From the NCBI GenBank assembly GCA_030141605.1, contig JAQGDQ010000238.1, positions 278,854 through 342,853 on the forward strand: a stretch of 64,000 nt of DNA. The letters are read 5' to 3'. The notes beneath the pieces are model-generated. The model worked only from the letters and a program-made list of their open reading frames with translations. It did no database searches and was not told the origin of the DNA. The stretch is from Tubiluchus corallicola. Lineage: Eukaryota > Animalia > Priapulida. Below, one piece after another: positions 39,791 through 53,540 of this stretch. A program made the position numbers and the translations under genes. The first letter of the stretch is position 1; the number at the start of each line of letters is the position of its first letter.

Positions 39791-42205
39791 CTAGATAATA
39801 AGTCGGTGCTGACATCTGTTAGCCATTTTCTTGCTTTTTTGGCGGCTTCTCTCTTTGGACGTTCGCTGACAGGCAGAGGTGAAGAATCCGCATATAGCAG
39901 CATCATCATTCTTGTTAAGACAAGACACGTGTTCAGTCGAAACGTTTGTCAAAGTCGTATAAGATGAGTTATGAAAATAACATTCAAGGGGGTACAGACA
40001 TTTAATATTTCTGTTCAAAGTGGAACCATTAACAAGAATTTCAACATTACGAATTAAGCCATCTGCACTAGACTTCAATTTAAGAACTTTGCCAAGGCGC
40101 CATTGTCCTCGTGGAAGGTTTTGGTCTTCTACCAGCACTACATCCCCTATATAAGGAGTAAACGGAACGGTTACCTTAGGTTGAGAAATATATTTGCGAT
40201 GCTGTTCTCTAAGACTGAGAAGATACTCATCTTTCCAGATTCGCCAGAAATTGCTAAGGATCCTTTGACCTTTCCTCCATAAGGTAAGTAACTTCTGTGC
40301 TGAGGTTTTCTTTACCAACTGTAAAGTCTGGATCACTGTAGTGCATCTCAGGCATAGTGTGCAAGATCTGCTGATTAAGAAAATCTGAAGGAGTTAGAGC
40401 ATGAGTAGAATTTATGTCAGCATCAATATAAGTAAGAGGCCTATGATTGATAACATTTTCTATTTCAATAAGCAAAGTATTGAGATGTTCATGTGAAAGA
40501 GGATGATTACCGATTACCTTTCTCAAAGAGCGCTTTACCAAAGCAACTAACCGTTTGAAAAATCCGCCAGTCCATGGTGATAACTGTGTAATGAATTTCC
40601 ACTCTACACCCTTGCAAGCTGAAAAATCTAGAACTGCATTTCCAAAAATGTATGTAACCGTTTGCTTGGCAAGTTTGAAGGACGAGAAATTATCCGAAAT
40701 TATAATATCTGGCAATCCACGTCTACCAAAAAACCGGCGCAAACACATAAGAAAATGTTCAGAATTTTTGCAGTAAATACAAAAGGAGCGCCTAGCTCTG
40801 TTGAAATTCCCTGGACGTTTAACAGTATTAGCTGGTCGATCCACCGCCTGCAGCACGCTGTCATTTCTAGTAGTGCTAGCCGGCTTAGGACGATCCGATT
40901 TCCATGACGAAGGGGTGGAAGGTTGACGGTGAAGCTGTTCTTCTAAAGCTTCCAGTCGTATAACATAGTCACGCAAGCTATTACGTAACTCTTCCACTGA
41001 CCACGATTTGGACTTAGTTGTCTTTTGTCATTTGAATAGCCGAAAGCACCTTATATGGAAGTTTCTCGGCTATAAGCAGTACAACAAAGGAACTATCAAT
41101 GCTGCGACCCGTACTCTCAATGGATCTGAGATGAACTTCGATTTTATCCAGAAACCTGCGTAAATTTTTTAAACCATCACCACACTTTTCTAGGTGTGTC
41201 AACTCCTTGTGATGCCGCTGAATAATCGTTTCGTGGCAGCCGAACCTGTCTTTCAATAAATCAATAACAGTAGAATAACTAGAATCATTAACTATGTAAC
41301 CCTCGACTGCGCGAGCCGCAACACGTGTAAGTTTAAATGCTGAAATTTTTGAACTTTAGATAGATCAGGATTAGAATCAACAACATCAGAAAACATTGAC
41401 CAAAAGGTTTGCCATTCAAGTATATTTCCGTTAAATGGTTTAATCTCAAGTTTAGGAATTCTGCTATAAGCATGCGGTGAACTGAATGATGACTGAAGAA
41501 ATGGAGTTGGTGACTGAGGTGAGATGCTAGTTCGTAAGTCACTGTCAGTCTTAATGTCTAATTGGGCAATCAGAGAAGTCACCTGGTTAGACAGTAAGAT
41601 ATCTTCATCTGTATAGTGTGCAGTAAGCTCAAGCCCAGAGTGATAGTTGCAAGATCGATTCTGACAATTGTCTATCTTCTGAAGTCTGGCCTTGAGTGAG
41701 GCTATGCAAGTTTTAACCCGCTGTAAATATTGACTGGGGTTTTGTGAGATAACGCTAGAAGAAACTGAGATAAGAGTGTTGGCTTCTAATTCATCTTTGT
41801 GTATTTGTTCAATTTGTTTGGCTCGGATAAGCATAAAAGAAGAAAGTCCAGCGTTGGCCACCACTTGCTGGGGTTCTATTTTCATCGCAGCTGCAGGATC
41901 CGAAGTAGGCAGCAAAGGAATAGCTGTAGTAGTAATTGTAGCCGTACCCGTAGTTACAGGTTTAGCCGCTGTCGTCGAAGCTAGCGTGAAACCGTGTCAG
42001 GAGTAGTGACAGTAACAACATGCTTCTTGGGTTTAACCCCTTGATAACCATCTGAGGGAAGCGGATCAACAGGCGAAGTTTGATCCAAAGTTTCTGCCTC
42101 AAATTCAGTTTCAGTATCAGAAAGATGATGTTCGTCTCCTGATTCATATGTACTTTTTAACGCTTTTTCCATCTTAGACGTTTTACTACGAGTCTGTATA
42201 GACAT
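39791..42205 (-). pseudogene. Broken gag-integrase coding region of the BEL/Pao element
   Basis: ORF fragments 41981-42205, 41292-41915, 41014-41256, 40254-40997 and 39791-40336. No protease, RT or RNase H motifs found. Confidence 0.88.
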
Positions 42206-42925
42206 GTATGCTGTAAAATAATAGGATTAGGACACAAGATAAACGGTCACGTTTAACAATCAATCAATTTTATCAAACCCTAAAACGTACACATACTATA
42301 CGAATAATCAAATAAAAATGAATATTTCTAGTACTAGTTAGTTATGTGCTGTATAAACGCTGCGACCTTTTTCAGCCCTTGACCTTGGAGCCGGTACGCT
42401 ACGCTATAAACAAAAATGACCCAGATTTTAACTGTACAGCAAAACGTCCTAGTTAAACTCGTAGTAAGCTGTAAAATAAAATATGTTATCAGACTATATA
42501 CTATGCTAGGCTGAAAATAAAAGGTAGAAATTACAATATTTAGTTTTGCTGTCACAAATTACGTGCCTTACGAGAAGCATAAAATCAATACCAAAGGCTA
42601 CTATTAAGAATACAACAAAGGTATGATTCAAGTTATAGCGTTATATCTTAACTATTATAGTAAGCCTTGCGCTTCTCTACAGGTCTTATCAACGTCAGCT
42701 TATTCGTATCAGTAGCGCTAAACTAAATGACTCGAGCGCATATAATTTATAAAACTGCTGACTATAAGAAATATGAAGCACCCTCCCGATGGCAAAGAAC
42801 TTTTTGGACAGCTGCAAAATTTGCAAAATTTAAGGAGCCTAGCATGTGCTCACACTTCAAATATTTACGGATTTAATTTGAGTAAAACCGGTGTGAGGCA
42901 CCATGTGAAAAATGGTGAGGCACCA

Positions 42926-43543
42926 TGTGAAAAATTCTCGGTTTTTCATAAGTTTGTGGGAGAGACATCGGCCTGGTTCTTAATTAAACAAATACGTGGA
43001 AGTGTATATAGTCTAATATATTTTTTATAGAGAAAGGTGCATAACGCTTAAGTCCACGAGTTGATAATTAGAATGGTTTGCTGCTACTGAAACATATAAT
43101 TTAGACTAAATTTTGACTCTTAACAAAAACCGCATAACCATTGGTTAAAAGGAGTGGCCACCCAAATAAAATTTATTCAATTCACAAGATTTGTCGCAAT
43201 TACATAGTTACTTCTTATAACAGCAGTAAACCTAATTATAGATACACATCAGCACATAACCATAAAAAAACTATTGAAGAAAGGGGGAAAAATTAGCCTA
43301 ACGAATTAGGCTGACCATTTGACGTCTGCTTGTAGTAGAGCAAACGTCAAATGTTCGCCGTACAAGGGTGACGAAGGAATTTATAGCTTCGGAATGAAGC
43401 CCGTATGAATAATTCAAGGTTAACCTAATTGAATGACTCTAGATAAATTTGCAAAGGTTATAGAACCGGAATAAACTAGTTTGCAATGCTGTAAATGAAA
43501 GGTATAATAGCAGAGTAGAACTCAATCACGGGAATCCGTGACA
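42926..43543 (-). repeat. 5' LTR of the BEL/Pao element
   Basis: Direct repeat of 38054-38680 with a few substitutions and small indels. Confidence 0.93.
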
Positions 43544-43993
43544 CTTTCACATGTACCACAGTTAATAGGTACTTAAGGTCTATTGGAGTGTTAATTACCT
43601 GGTTTAGCAAGTTTTTTTAGCAAGAGTTGTTCAGTGCTCTGACCGTCTCTCTGTCTATAGCTCATTTATTACAAAACGGCTGTAGCGCGTGATTTAAGTG
43701 ATTTTGAGAACGAAGTGGACTTCTTTGTACACGAAATTATCAACCAGAATGTGCCGTTTTTTTCACTTTGATTTTCTAGTGGTTCTTGTAGTTTTCGCCG
43801 TTCAAAGTACTTCACTTAAAGGTATGTTGCGCTATGTTCCTGTTTTTAACACAACTTGGAATGAAATTAATCGAAATAAATAGATATGTATGTAGATAAA
43901 TAAGTAAAACAAATAAATAATGATTTTGATTAAATTATTAAATGTTTGACGATGCAAGATTAAACTATCGTCGTGGATAGAAGCCTAGTTAGG

Positions 43994-44277
43994 TGTGGCA
44001 CCATGTGACCAGCTGATGTTCGACCGGCTGACTCAGAAGTAAAGATTGATGATGTAATCCTTATGCGCAGAAGCTCATGGCACATTAAGTAGCTAGACAA
44101 AAGTGTTTTGAGGCTCGCACCTCGGGAGAGATTAGGAACTGACTTGAAGACGGAGGGCTGGCATTACTATCCTCTTATATATACCGCGTTGTGTTTGATA
44201 TTTAATAAATGTGTTGTTTATTAAATAAAGTCTTGATAGTTTGCCATGCCCATCGTGGCTACCTCACCCGCCACGCA
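43994..44277 (+). mobile_element. Possible solo LTR
   Basis: Begins tgtggc and ends gccacgca, with internal TATATA and AATAAA in LTR order. No TSD found. Confidence 0.3.
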
Positions 44278-44643
44278 ATAAACAACAATAATCAGCAAGC
44301 AGCATTAACCACAAGAATAAGTAGACTTTTACCAAATTATTTTACTCCAATGACTTTTGCTGGTTTCGTTAGTCAACTCAAAACTTCCAGCGGAGGTTAG
44401 TTCGGGGAAATAGCTCTCTGGTAGCTGATTTTTGCTGTGGAGCTTTTCGAACCATCAGTCTTCTGCCATAGATATCACTGATACGTGCAGGTAAACAGAG
44501 TTTAACAGGCCCATTAGTGTACAACAATGCTTTGTTTCTATCAGTCATGTTGAAAGATCACCAATTAATTATCACGTTTAAAATAATTTAGCAGCTGTAG
44601 TATGAATATGTTTGCTTGAGCACTTTGAGCATTCAGCAAGGAG

Positions 44644-45013
44644 CAGGGGCTATTTCAGGGGGGATGAAGTGGGGATACTTCCCCGGGGCCTCACTCTCTA
44701 GGGGGCCTCGCGCCAAGGTAACGTTTTTTTGGTTTATGCGAACATACTGCCTCCTCTCTCCCTCTCTTGCCGCACGCGCGCCATTTGCCAGTATTGACAA
44801 GTATTAAGGACTGGTCTTGAGAATAAAGCAGTTTTTCTTTCAATTGTTCTTTCCTTTAACAACTGTATAACTCCATATTTTCTCTTCGAAAATGCTTCTC
44901 CGGCGTTCTAGCAGTTAAATTTTCTGGGCGCCAACCATGGGGCCCCCCCCCCCCCCGAGGGGGCCTCACACGCCCCACTTCCCCGGGCCTTGCTTAGGAT
45001 GAAATAGGCCCTG
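44644..45013. mobile_element. hAT-type MITE
   Basis: TIR caggggctatttca / tgaaataggccctg, perfect 8-bp TSD gcaaggag. Confidence 0.92.
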
Positions 45014-46282
45014 GCAAGGAGCGAGCTATCAGGAATCTGTTGACTTATGTAGAATTTGTGAATGTAATAATTTTTTTCAATTATACTATCTGCTGCATAA
45101 GCCCACTGGGCTGCATGATACAGCACGTTAAAATTTAAAATATTCAATCAATGAATTAACTATTTGCAGCACTGACGTAGCACTTAGAACTTTTGTAACT
45201 GGCATTACGTGTCTTCTCGGTCGGGGTGTTAAACTGACAAAAATCATTTTGCTTCTAAACAAGAACAGACTAAAGAAAGGCCAAGCATTCTGGCAATTTA
45301 GGCTTATTTTAACGTTCGCGAAGAATGCTAGAAAGATTTAGTAATAAAAGCGTTATAAGCGCCTCGTGTAACTAGTAAAATCACTTTAAATCGCGATTGT
45401 TCGACGCTTGGTCGCTCCGATTTTGAACGTCCGTTCTTCCAGCCAATAACGTCATTCGTAGAAGTTTTTACAAAAAAATTTGTGATATGTTGCATGAACA
45501 TCAGGTAAACTTCACGCTTTATAGTTGAAGCGTGAAGTTGACGCTAAGACAGTTATCTTGCAAATTTCTTTATTTTTTCTAAGTTTAAGTGATAACAGCA
45601 AAATACATGCTACATGCCAAGTGAGTTGTTCTTTCTTCTAATATTCTGTCTACATGATCTTCGCACGGGCACCAATATGTTTCTTGCTTTTTTGTCAAAA
45701 CTGCTGTGACCCTGATGTTAAACCTGTCAGTCACAAGTCACAGTTCTTGAATCGAATTTTATACAACATAATTTCAAGCATTTTCAAAGTATTGTAAGAA
45801 GCACTTAGATGTTGAATTTTAAATCATAAATAAAGTTAAAATATGGCTTTTTTGCCAAATACAATTTTCATTATTCGCTTCTTACTAAATGGTGTAATAG
45901 CTGCACACTTCAGTACAGTGAGCACTGCTTCACATAAATGTGTTCATTAAGTTTAAAATAAGAATCAATCAGACAGTGAGAGTCTGTAAAAGGTCGCATT
46001 GGGTCTTCTGTCTGCAAAAACAACGTCCAAGTTCTACAACATTCAAAAATGTTTCATTGGATCCTGCGACAGATGTTACAGCATCTTCGCTACCAAACAT
46101 AGGCAGCGACGCTGTTGGTGGACGGTTGTGGTTGTGCTGATGTTTGTGGTGTAGAGGTGGTCCTACCATGATGGTGTGCTGCTAGCAGTGCTGCTGCTGT
46201 TGGTGCTAGTGGTGGTGTGGTCAGTTGCAGTGGTACCAGACCTTTAAAAAATTATCAAAATGGACTTTGGTATTTTTTTCAG

Positions 46283-46450
46283 AAAGAAATGGTGGTCTTT
46301 TATCCGTTATCAAGCTTCCTAGTCATCTTCTAACTGCTTACTGGAATCAATCATTGTCAAATGTATGTCCACGAGGGATACCGGCACTTATTCCAAGTGT
46401 TTTCTCTAACATTGAACCTGTACTCAATCATGCTTTAGCTGGACAAATAG
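46283..46450 (+). CDS. TTLL4: TTLL4-like tubulin glutamylase-family protein, first confident exon; join(46283..46450,46972..47079,48398..48477,49789..49986,51102..51181,52374..52502,55304..55426,56238..56336,58463..58594,59257..59367,59727..59844,60278..60488), about 519 codons, both ends unresolved
   Basis: PALIPSVFSNIEPVL matches the TTLL4-type PALIYSLFPNVPPTI motif. AG/GT boundaries, phase 1/1. Confidence 0.8.
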
Positions 46451-46971
46451 GTAGGTTAATGCTCGCTCTCTAAAATGGGAAAATAATAAAAATGAATAAT
46501 AAATGTAAACTCATGCAAATTCTTGAAATAGATTTCAAGAACTGGCAACTTCTGCAATTATCACATGTTTATGGGGGATTTAACTTCACTAACTATTTTA
46601 ATATCACTGAATGTTTATATCAAGGTGACAAATGTACCAAATTCAAGTATCGTGTGGAACGAGTTCTTTTGCTTTTTTGGCACTCTTGGAAATGAATTAC
46701 TTCTGAATTTAAAAGAAATTCTATAAAAGATGTCAACGAGCATGAATGTTATAAAACTATAAAGACCTACATTTAAATTTTCTGTTTAACTACAACGACT
46801 AAAAGTAAATCTTGCTGTTATCGTTGTTCTTGTTCTTGTTATTTTGTTTCTGTTCCTGCTGGTGGTGGAGTTCTTATTGATATTTTCATCATCACCTTCT
46901 CTGCCACCATAGGCAGCCTTACTATCAGATTATATCAAACAAAATAGATTGTTTATATTGTCCTTTTTTAG

Positions 46972-47079
46972 TTGAAGAGTTGCCAAGTTCTATTAGAACA
47001 CGTATAATTTGGAAGGTAAAGCCAGATAGGGTTCCTATGGTTAGACACGTTGTTCAACAGTCACAGTTTACCTTGACAG
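46972..47079 (+). CDS. TTLL4: TTLL4-like exon
   Basis: VEELPSSIRTRIIWKVKPDRVPMVRHVVQQSQFTLT. tttttag/GTGAG, phase 1/1. Confidence 0.85.
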
Positions 47080-48397
47080 GTGAGATAGGTCTAATTTGAT
47101 TCAAGTGACTTTGTTCCGAGTTTTACTAAGTTGCCTTGGAAAATAATTGATACCGAGTTGTCAAATTCCCATTACACCCGTTTGTCATTTCTGTGTGAGG
47201 TCGCAGTGCATTGAACAGCTGAATGCTTAGAGTGCACAGTTGCTGACCAAAGTTAGGCACATTTAATTTAACAGTGCCAGATTTGGTCACTGAATGGATG
47301 GGTGCTTACACGGATGATTTTTTGTGCTCACCTGGAGGACTTTTTCGTCTAGCATACTCTCTCGCTATTTACTCGTTGGAGGTGGATGTACAGACATCCG
47401 AATGTGGCTACACACTTGTGTCACCTCAGAGTATTGCCCTTGTTCATGATCCACATCCACATCATATTGTAGGATTGTAGTAGCTTGCAAAGTGCTAACT
47501 TGTTTGCAAACAGTAGATAATCATACCATGTTTTGTTTATGTGTTACACTAAGGAAACAAGATGTCCTGCAAGACATGATTGTCACATTGGTTCAGACAT
47601 TTGATTTTAATTTCGTAACCGGTTGTTTCTATAAGTTCTACATGAAAATGCGTATTTCGCTCTTGAAAATTTCAAAGTTGCAAGGTATAGCGAAACCACA
47701 AAGGGCGTTGGACTAGTTTATTGTTACCTACAGTCTTCTGAATTGATAACGTTCTATCAACAAAAGTTTAAGACCACTATTTCTCCAGTTCGTCTGTAGT
47801 CTATGGCCAACTGAAAGTCAGTATGCATGGTTTGTCCATCATTGTATCACATGACTGAACAATGTACTTTAGGATTTCTGGTGACATCAATCCGACGACG
47901 TCATTATCTCTTTTCTATGACGTCACCAACACCATATTTCTAAAAACCTGTTTTACCGAGAAAAGCATCTTTTCGTACAAAAAATTGATTAAACATTCAC
48001 ATAGAAATCGCTTATTAATTATCAGTGAGATTTTTCCGTCAACAAATCCGCATTGGTACGAGGCTAAAATATCATAAAATGACAACGTAAAATACTGTAA
48101 AATGGGTGAAAATTTTCCCGACTTTGATGACAGGCAGTATAATCAATGACGTCATCAGCTGTGACGTCATCAGCAATCCAAACGGATAATCACGGACCAA
48201 ACTTGCCTAATGCCATCAAGAACAACTAGGGATGGGTAGAAGTGCCGAATTAGTTGTTTTATAATTTTGTGAATAATTGTATATCATTATTACCTATTAC
48301 ATAATATCAATGCGATCGCTTATAGTAGTTAACTGTCTTTAGAGACTTGTCCTGCTGAAGCTGATAATAAAATAAGATTTTGAATATTTCTTTATAG

Positions 48398-48477
48398 AGG
48401 GCAATGACTGGATCAACGCTTGGACTGGACTACCAAGACTTAAATCATTGTTCAGTGAATTGCATGAGGGACAAAAG
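48398..48477 (+). CDS. TTLL4: TTLL4-like exon
   Basis: EGNDWINAWTGLPRLKSLFSELHEGQK. tttatag/GTAGC, phase 1/0. Confidence 0.85.
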
Positions 48478-49261
48478 GTAGCAGCACCTACACAGCCAAA
48501 GATTTAATACCCGAGGCTCATAATGTCTTTCCCCTAAATGACATTGAAACATACGAGGTTTTCGAGTCATCCTTGTACATCCTTTCTTGTTATTCTTCAA
48601 GAATGCAACTTCAAGACGTTTTAAATGACCAGAAATAAATGTAGATCACTCTAGCTTAAAACCACTGGTAGCGTTCACATAGTCATGATCATTCACTTAG
48701 TCATAAGACTGGAGCGGCAAACCATGATTGTAAATTAAATAGAGCTTTACAGATATTTCTGGCACCAAACACTTCTATGCTTCATTTAACTTTATAAAAT
48801 TTCAACTTGATTAGAATGGTCCTAGTAGCATGCAATTTAAGTCAAATTAAAATTAATTAATTAAACAGCTACAATAAACTAATTAATGAACGAATTTTTT
48901 TATATTGAAACAAAGACATCTTAGTTAATCACTATTACAGCAAATCTTAACTCAATTAGATCACGAGAACATGCAATTTTAGTTAAATTAAAATTAATTA
49001 GTTAAAGAACTTAGTTAGTTCGTTAGATAATTAGTTAATTACTTAGCTGTTTAGCGAATTATGACAATTTTTCACCTTGAACCAAGGCATTCTATGTAAT
49101 CATCACACCAAATTTCTATTTTATTGGGTAAACATGTTTGGAGTTATTTGGAGGTCAAAAGTTGAAAAAGTTGAAAAGTGTGATGCACAGAGTGAGTGCA
49201 ATGTTAGTAAGACTTAAAAATGAATCATGAACAGTCAACAATTTTTTTTCAGAGAATCGAA

Positions 49262-49273
49262 TTTATTTATCTA

Positions 49274-49309
<36 letters not shown>

Positions 49310-49705
49310 CATCTATCTATCTATCCATCTATCCATCTATCCATCTATCCATCTATCCATCTATCCATCTATCCATCTATCCATCTATCCATCTATCCAT
49401 CTATCCATCTATCCATCTATCCATCCATCCATCCATCCATCCATCCATCCATCCATCCATCCATCCATCCATCCATCCATCCATCCATCCATCCATCCAT
49501 CCATCCATCCATCCATCCATCCATCCATCCATCCATCCATCCATCCATCCATCCATCCATCCATCCATATATATATATATGTATATACATATATACATAT
49601 ATATATATATATCTCACTATATATATATATATAGTGAGAGAGAGAGAGAGAGAGAGAAAGTTATATTATACATATATATAATATATATATAATTATAATA
49701 TATAA
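49262..49705. repeat. Compound (ATCT)n/(ATCC)n/(TA)n/(GA)n microsatellite
   Basis: Direct inspection. Confidence 0.95.
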
Positions 49706-49788
49706 TTACTATAAGCAATCAGCGTTAGTTAAATAAAAACTTACACTGCTATGCTGCTCATAATTATCTTTAGTTTAATACATTACAG

Positions 49789-49986
49789 CTTAACTATTTT
49801 CCTGGATCAGACCTGGCATTTACAAACAAGAAGTACTTGTGGGACAACATAAGAAAGTTGAGCTCCAAACATGAAACTAATGACTTTGATTTCGCTCCTC
49901 TAACGTTTATTTTACCAAAGGAACGCACACAGCTACTGAATTATTGGGACCAGAATCCAAATGAAACACTTTGGATTTCAAAGCCA
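49789..49986 (+). CDS. TTLL4: TTLL4-like exon
   Basis: LNYFPGS...FDFAPLTFILPKE...LWISKP, including the ATP-binding Lys. cag/GTAAGT. Confidence 0.92.
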
Positions 49987-51101
49987 GTAAGTAACAATAG
50001 TTTTTTCTGTAACTGGTATATAAATAATCTCACTTGAATGTCCAACCCTAACCCTAGCTCTGTCCCTAATTTGTTGTGAAATGTGCTATTAATGATTTAG
50101 CTGTATTGCTAATTTGTATCCCTAACTCGTTGTATGTTTAACAGAGCAGATACGCGTTATCATTGCATACATACATTTCGCTACCGTCGGGTTGCATTCC
50201 ATTTGCGTCACGTGGTGCATGGCATCACGCATGGCATCACGTGACTTTCATTCGCGTAAATGTGCACCAACGGCGTAAGGTAAATATCTGTTTAGTACCC
50301 TAACTTGTTGGTACTCGTGAATCTTCCCACGTGTGATGAGGTGTGTTCGTTTAATTGATTTCAACTCAAGCTAGGCGGTCGCGCCGTTTTACAACATTGA
50401 CGCTACTACGGTTTCTTTTAAATTTTACTAGTATAGATGTAGAAGGCTTTTTGAGTTTCACACGCAAAATAGAAGTACACACTGGTCCTAATTTTTTGCT
50501 TGATGGTGTCGACAGGTCATTTACACAGCAATGCCTAATATTTGTTGGATCCTGCCTTAAAGCAGATATCTTTAATATAGGAATTCTGCCTGTCAAATGC
50601 AATGGACTGTAATCGGGCATTCGATCACGATGATCAATTTATTTATACCATTTATTCATACTCGTATATCGTTCAATAAATACACAAGGAAAAACAACAA
50701 CTGATAGAAATTATAATAAAATACTTGTACATGTTAATGGGAAAAAGAACTTTGTTGATTTGTTAAAGCGAAGGAAAAAATAAAACAATAGCATCAATTA
50801 TGTTATCATTTTGGTCTCAAAATGCCTGGAAAAAATGTACTATGTAAGCAGGCTAAATTGAGTGGGGAATGTTCCTTGAATTTTATCACCTACAGCTGAT
50901 AAACATTGCAGTGGTATTTATAATAAATGTGCATGGGCAGAATGTATTTTAACTGATAGCTTAACAATATGCTTCCATTATGGGAAAAGTAAGCTATTCT
51001 TGTTATGTGGAAATGGTAGGATAATAATTATGCTATATGGGTCATTCCTATTGTATATTTATGTTGCAATTTTTTTCTTATTTACTTTGTTTGTTTTACA
51101 G

Positions 51102-51181
51102 CATTACAGTTCTCGGGGTAGAGGCATAAAACTTTTGGAAAGGGGAGAAAAACTGCATAAGAAACAGGCGATTGTACAAAA
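51102..51181 (+). CDS. TTLL4: TTLL4-like exon
   Basis: HYSSRGRGIKLL...AIVQK. ttacag/GTAAGG, phase 0/2. Confidence 0.92.
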
Positions 51182-51664
51182 GTAAGGCTTTAACCTAATA
51201 TTAAGAAGTAAACTTCTTTCCCTTTTTAGAAAGGATTTTTTAAGACGGAACGTCAATGTTTTTGTTTGAATGCTAATATCAAAATTAAAATATGATTTAT
51301 TAATATTAACAAAGCAAGCACTAAATTCCACTTTGGTGCTCATGCGATGAATTTTTTTCAAAAATACGCCACAAAAATGATTAATATTTGCAATAAGATA
51401 ACATTATCAATGGGAATTATTGGAGTTGCTTTCTAGTGCAAGCAGCAAGGAGTTAAATTTCTAACCCGTAGACTCAACTTCATTTTTAAGCAGCTTTATA
51501 AACACTTGACAGAATAGATTAGCTGTATAAGGAGAAAAAGCACGATTCATGATTGGTGTTTCTTGTTTGATGAAAGTCGCAAAAGTATTCACTACGTCTA
51601 GCAGCAATGTATCATCAATTATCAGAAATCGATAATCAGAATGTGAAAATGCCAGTGGTTCTTA

Positions 51665-52265
51665 TGGAAGACAGGATGATTTTTCATAGTACTACCTCAT
51701 TTTCAAGTCCGATAAAAAGTTTACATTTTAACATAATTAATACTGCAAAAGCGTTTCTGATAATTAAACAATAGAATAAAAACTTAATTAACGCAGGCGA
51801 GCACAACTATTGATGACATCACAAACATAATTTTCAACAGCAAAAATATTCCACGAGCGTGTTTGAGAAAGCGAAAATTGAAGTACCGTGCTACTGTAAG
51901 ATATTCAGTGTGTTGTACTAGAACTTGGCAAGTTTTAAGTTAAAAATTACCGCTGTGCTCAAGCCTGAGCTGTCGAACGTATGCAATTCGTCACAAACTA
52001 ACACATCTGAAGTGAGAGGTACAGCACCTGTTTTTGTGCAAAGCGTTTCCGAAATGCAGGTGCTACTGCCTGTCTAACTAGCAAATGGCGAAATCTATGT
52101 AACACCGAAGAACTAGCGGCGCAAACGCGAAATTACGCTTGTGTTTTAATAATTTTTCACATAAGTTATTTTTGAAAAAAAATAGTACATTTCCTTTCAA
52201 TATTTTAAAGAGTAGATTGTTATGACCTACAATTTAAGATTGAGTCTGATTTTGCTTTAATTAAG
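51665..52265. repeat. Dispersed repeat, same family as 35585-36110
   Basis: Colinear similarity over about 550 bp. Confidence 0.8.
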
Positions 52266-52373
52266 ATTGCATTTCGGCAAGCTTGTCTGTTTTCTGCCAG
52301 TTAGTAAAAATTTGACGTTTTTTATAGCTTGGCTTTGTGTGTCTCATTGCTATGTTACAAACTCTTATTTTAG

Positions 52374-52502
52374 ATACGTTTCAAACCCTTACTTGATTGG
52401 AGGATACAAATTTGACCTGCGCTTGTATGTGTACGTCCCTTCCATTGACCCACTGAGAATTTATCTTTATTCAGATGCGAGAGTTCGCTTTGCTAGTGAA
52501 AA
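52374..52502 (+). CDS. TTLL4: TTLL4-like exon
   Basis: YVSNPYLIGGYKFDLRLYVYVPSIDPLRIYLYSDARVRFASEK, the TTL-domain core. Confidence 0.95.
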
Positions 52503-53199
52503 GTGAGTAAAATGTACCGTGCATTTTGAAATGCCAGATTAACTAAACGTTAGATTAGATTAGATTAACTAAAGATTAGATTGGATCGGCTTAGATTGGC
52601 TGGACCGGATTAAATTAGATTAAGTTTTTATTTCACCAAAAAACCTAAATAAAACATAATAAAAGAGTGGAATAAAATTAAAATTGTGAAATAATGAAAC
52701 AAAAACCAAAGTGAATAAAATGGTGCATGAAATAAATTGGTAAAGTCACACGTTCGGCAAATAATTCAGACTAATAACCAGCAAACATGTATTAGTCTTA
52801 TGTAAGTATGCGTATTATATAATCAAAAGATCTTTTCAGACACAAAACATTTAGAGCGACAAAATTATGTCAAAATGAACAACACTTATTAATAAACTGT
52901 TGCTCGAATTCAAAATCAACCTATAGCAAACTTTACTACGAATACATAAAAAGCGAGTTATAGTAAGATTTCATCACATTCGTGAAGCACCACAACCATA
53001 TTCAAGATTAAATAATTTGCGTTTTCCATTATTATAAACCATATACATAATCTGTTGAGAGTACCGATATTAAAATCGTACCACAGAACTAAACAATGAA
53101 AATTAGAGTATTAGTAACTTTTAAACTTTTAAAGAATCTAATTTCAACAGACGCTGAACACATTATCAATTTGTGAATAAGAGAATTAAAACGTACTAA

Positions 53200-53540
53200 C
53201 AAAGGCCCCGCAAAAAATTTTGCTTATTAATCCACTTATAATCAACAATGCGCGAACATCCTAACTAGTGTTTATTTTCATAACACAAAGCCAGCAGCTT
53301 TTACTGAATTAAAGCTATAAGGTTATAGACAGAGTATAATGGATGACGTCACAACAATGGCTTTGCGTCAGCAGTTTTCTATGCGAAAATTGCCAAAAAT
53401 AGAACATCTAATTAACTCGTCGTCACTCCTCTTGGTGGACCTGCCCTAACATATAGCCTACACCATCGTGTAGCCCTGTTCTTGCTCTTTCTATATCTCC
53501 TTCCGAGAGTCCCACAAGGCGAAGCTAGAACGTTTTTTCT
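53200..53540. repeat. Dispersed repeat; inverted, probably longer copy at about 62230-62995
   Basis: aaaggccccgcaaaa, ggatgacgtcacaacaat and ggtggacctgcccta occur as reverse complements at 62600-62995. Confidence 0.85.

Larger units (their letters stand above)
38054..43543 (-). mobile_element. BEL/Pao LTR retrotransposon, internally deleted and non-autonomous
   Basis: Two near-identical TG...CA LTRs and near-TSD ccttc/ctttc. PBS-like TGGTGCC next to the right LTR. Gag motif IPKLEIKPFNGNILEWQTFW; integrase motifs LRRFFGRRG, SDN, PWTGGFFKRLV, FWRIWKDEYL, GDVVLV, PRGQWRLG, SADGLIR, LYPLE. Frameshifts present. Confidence 0.95.
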
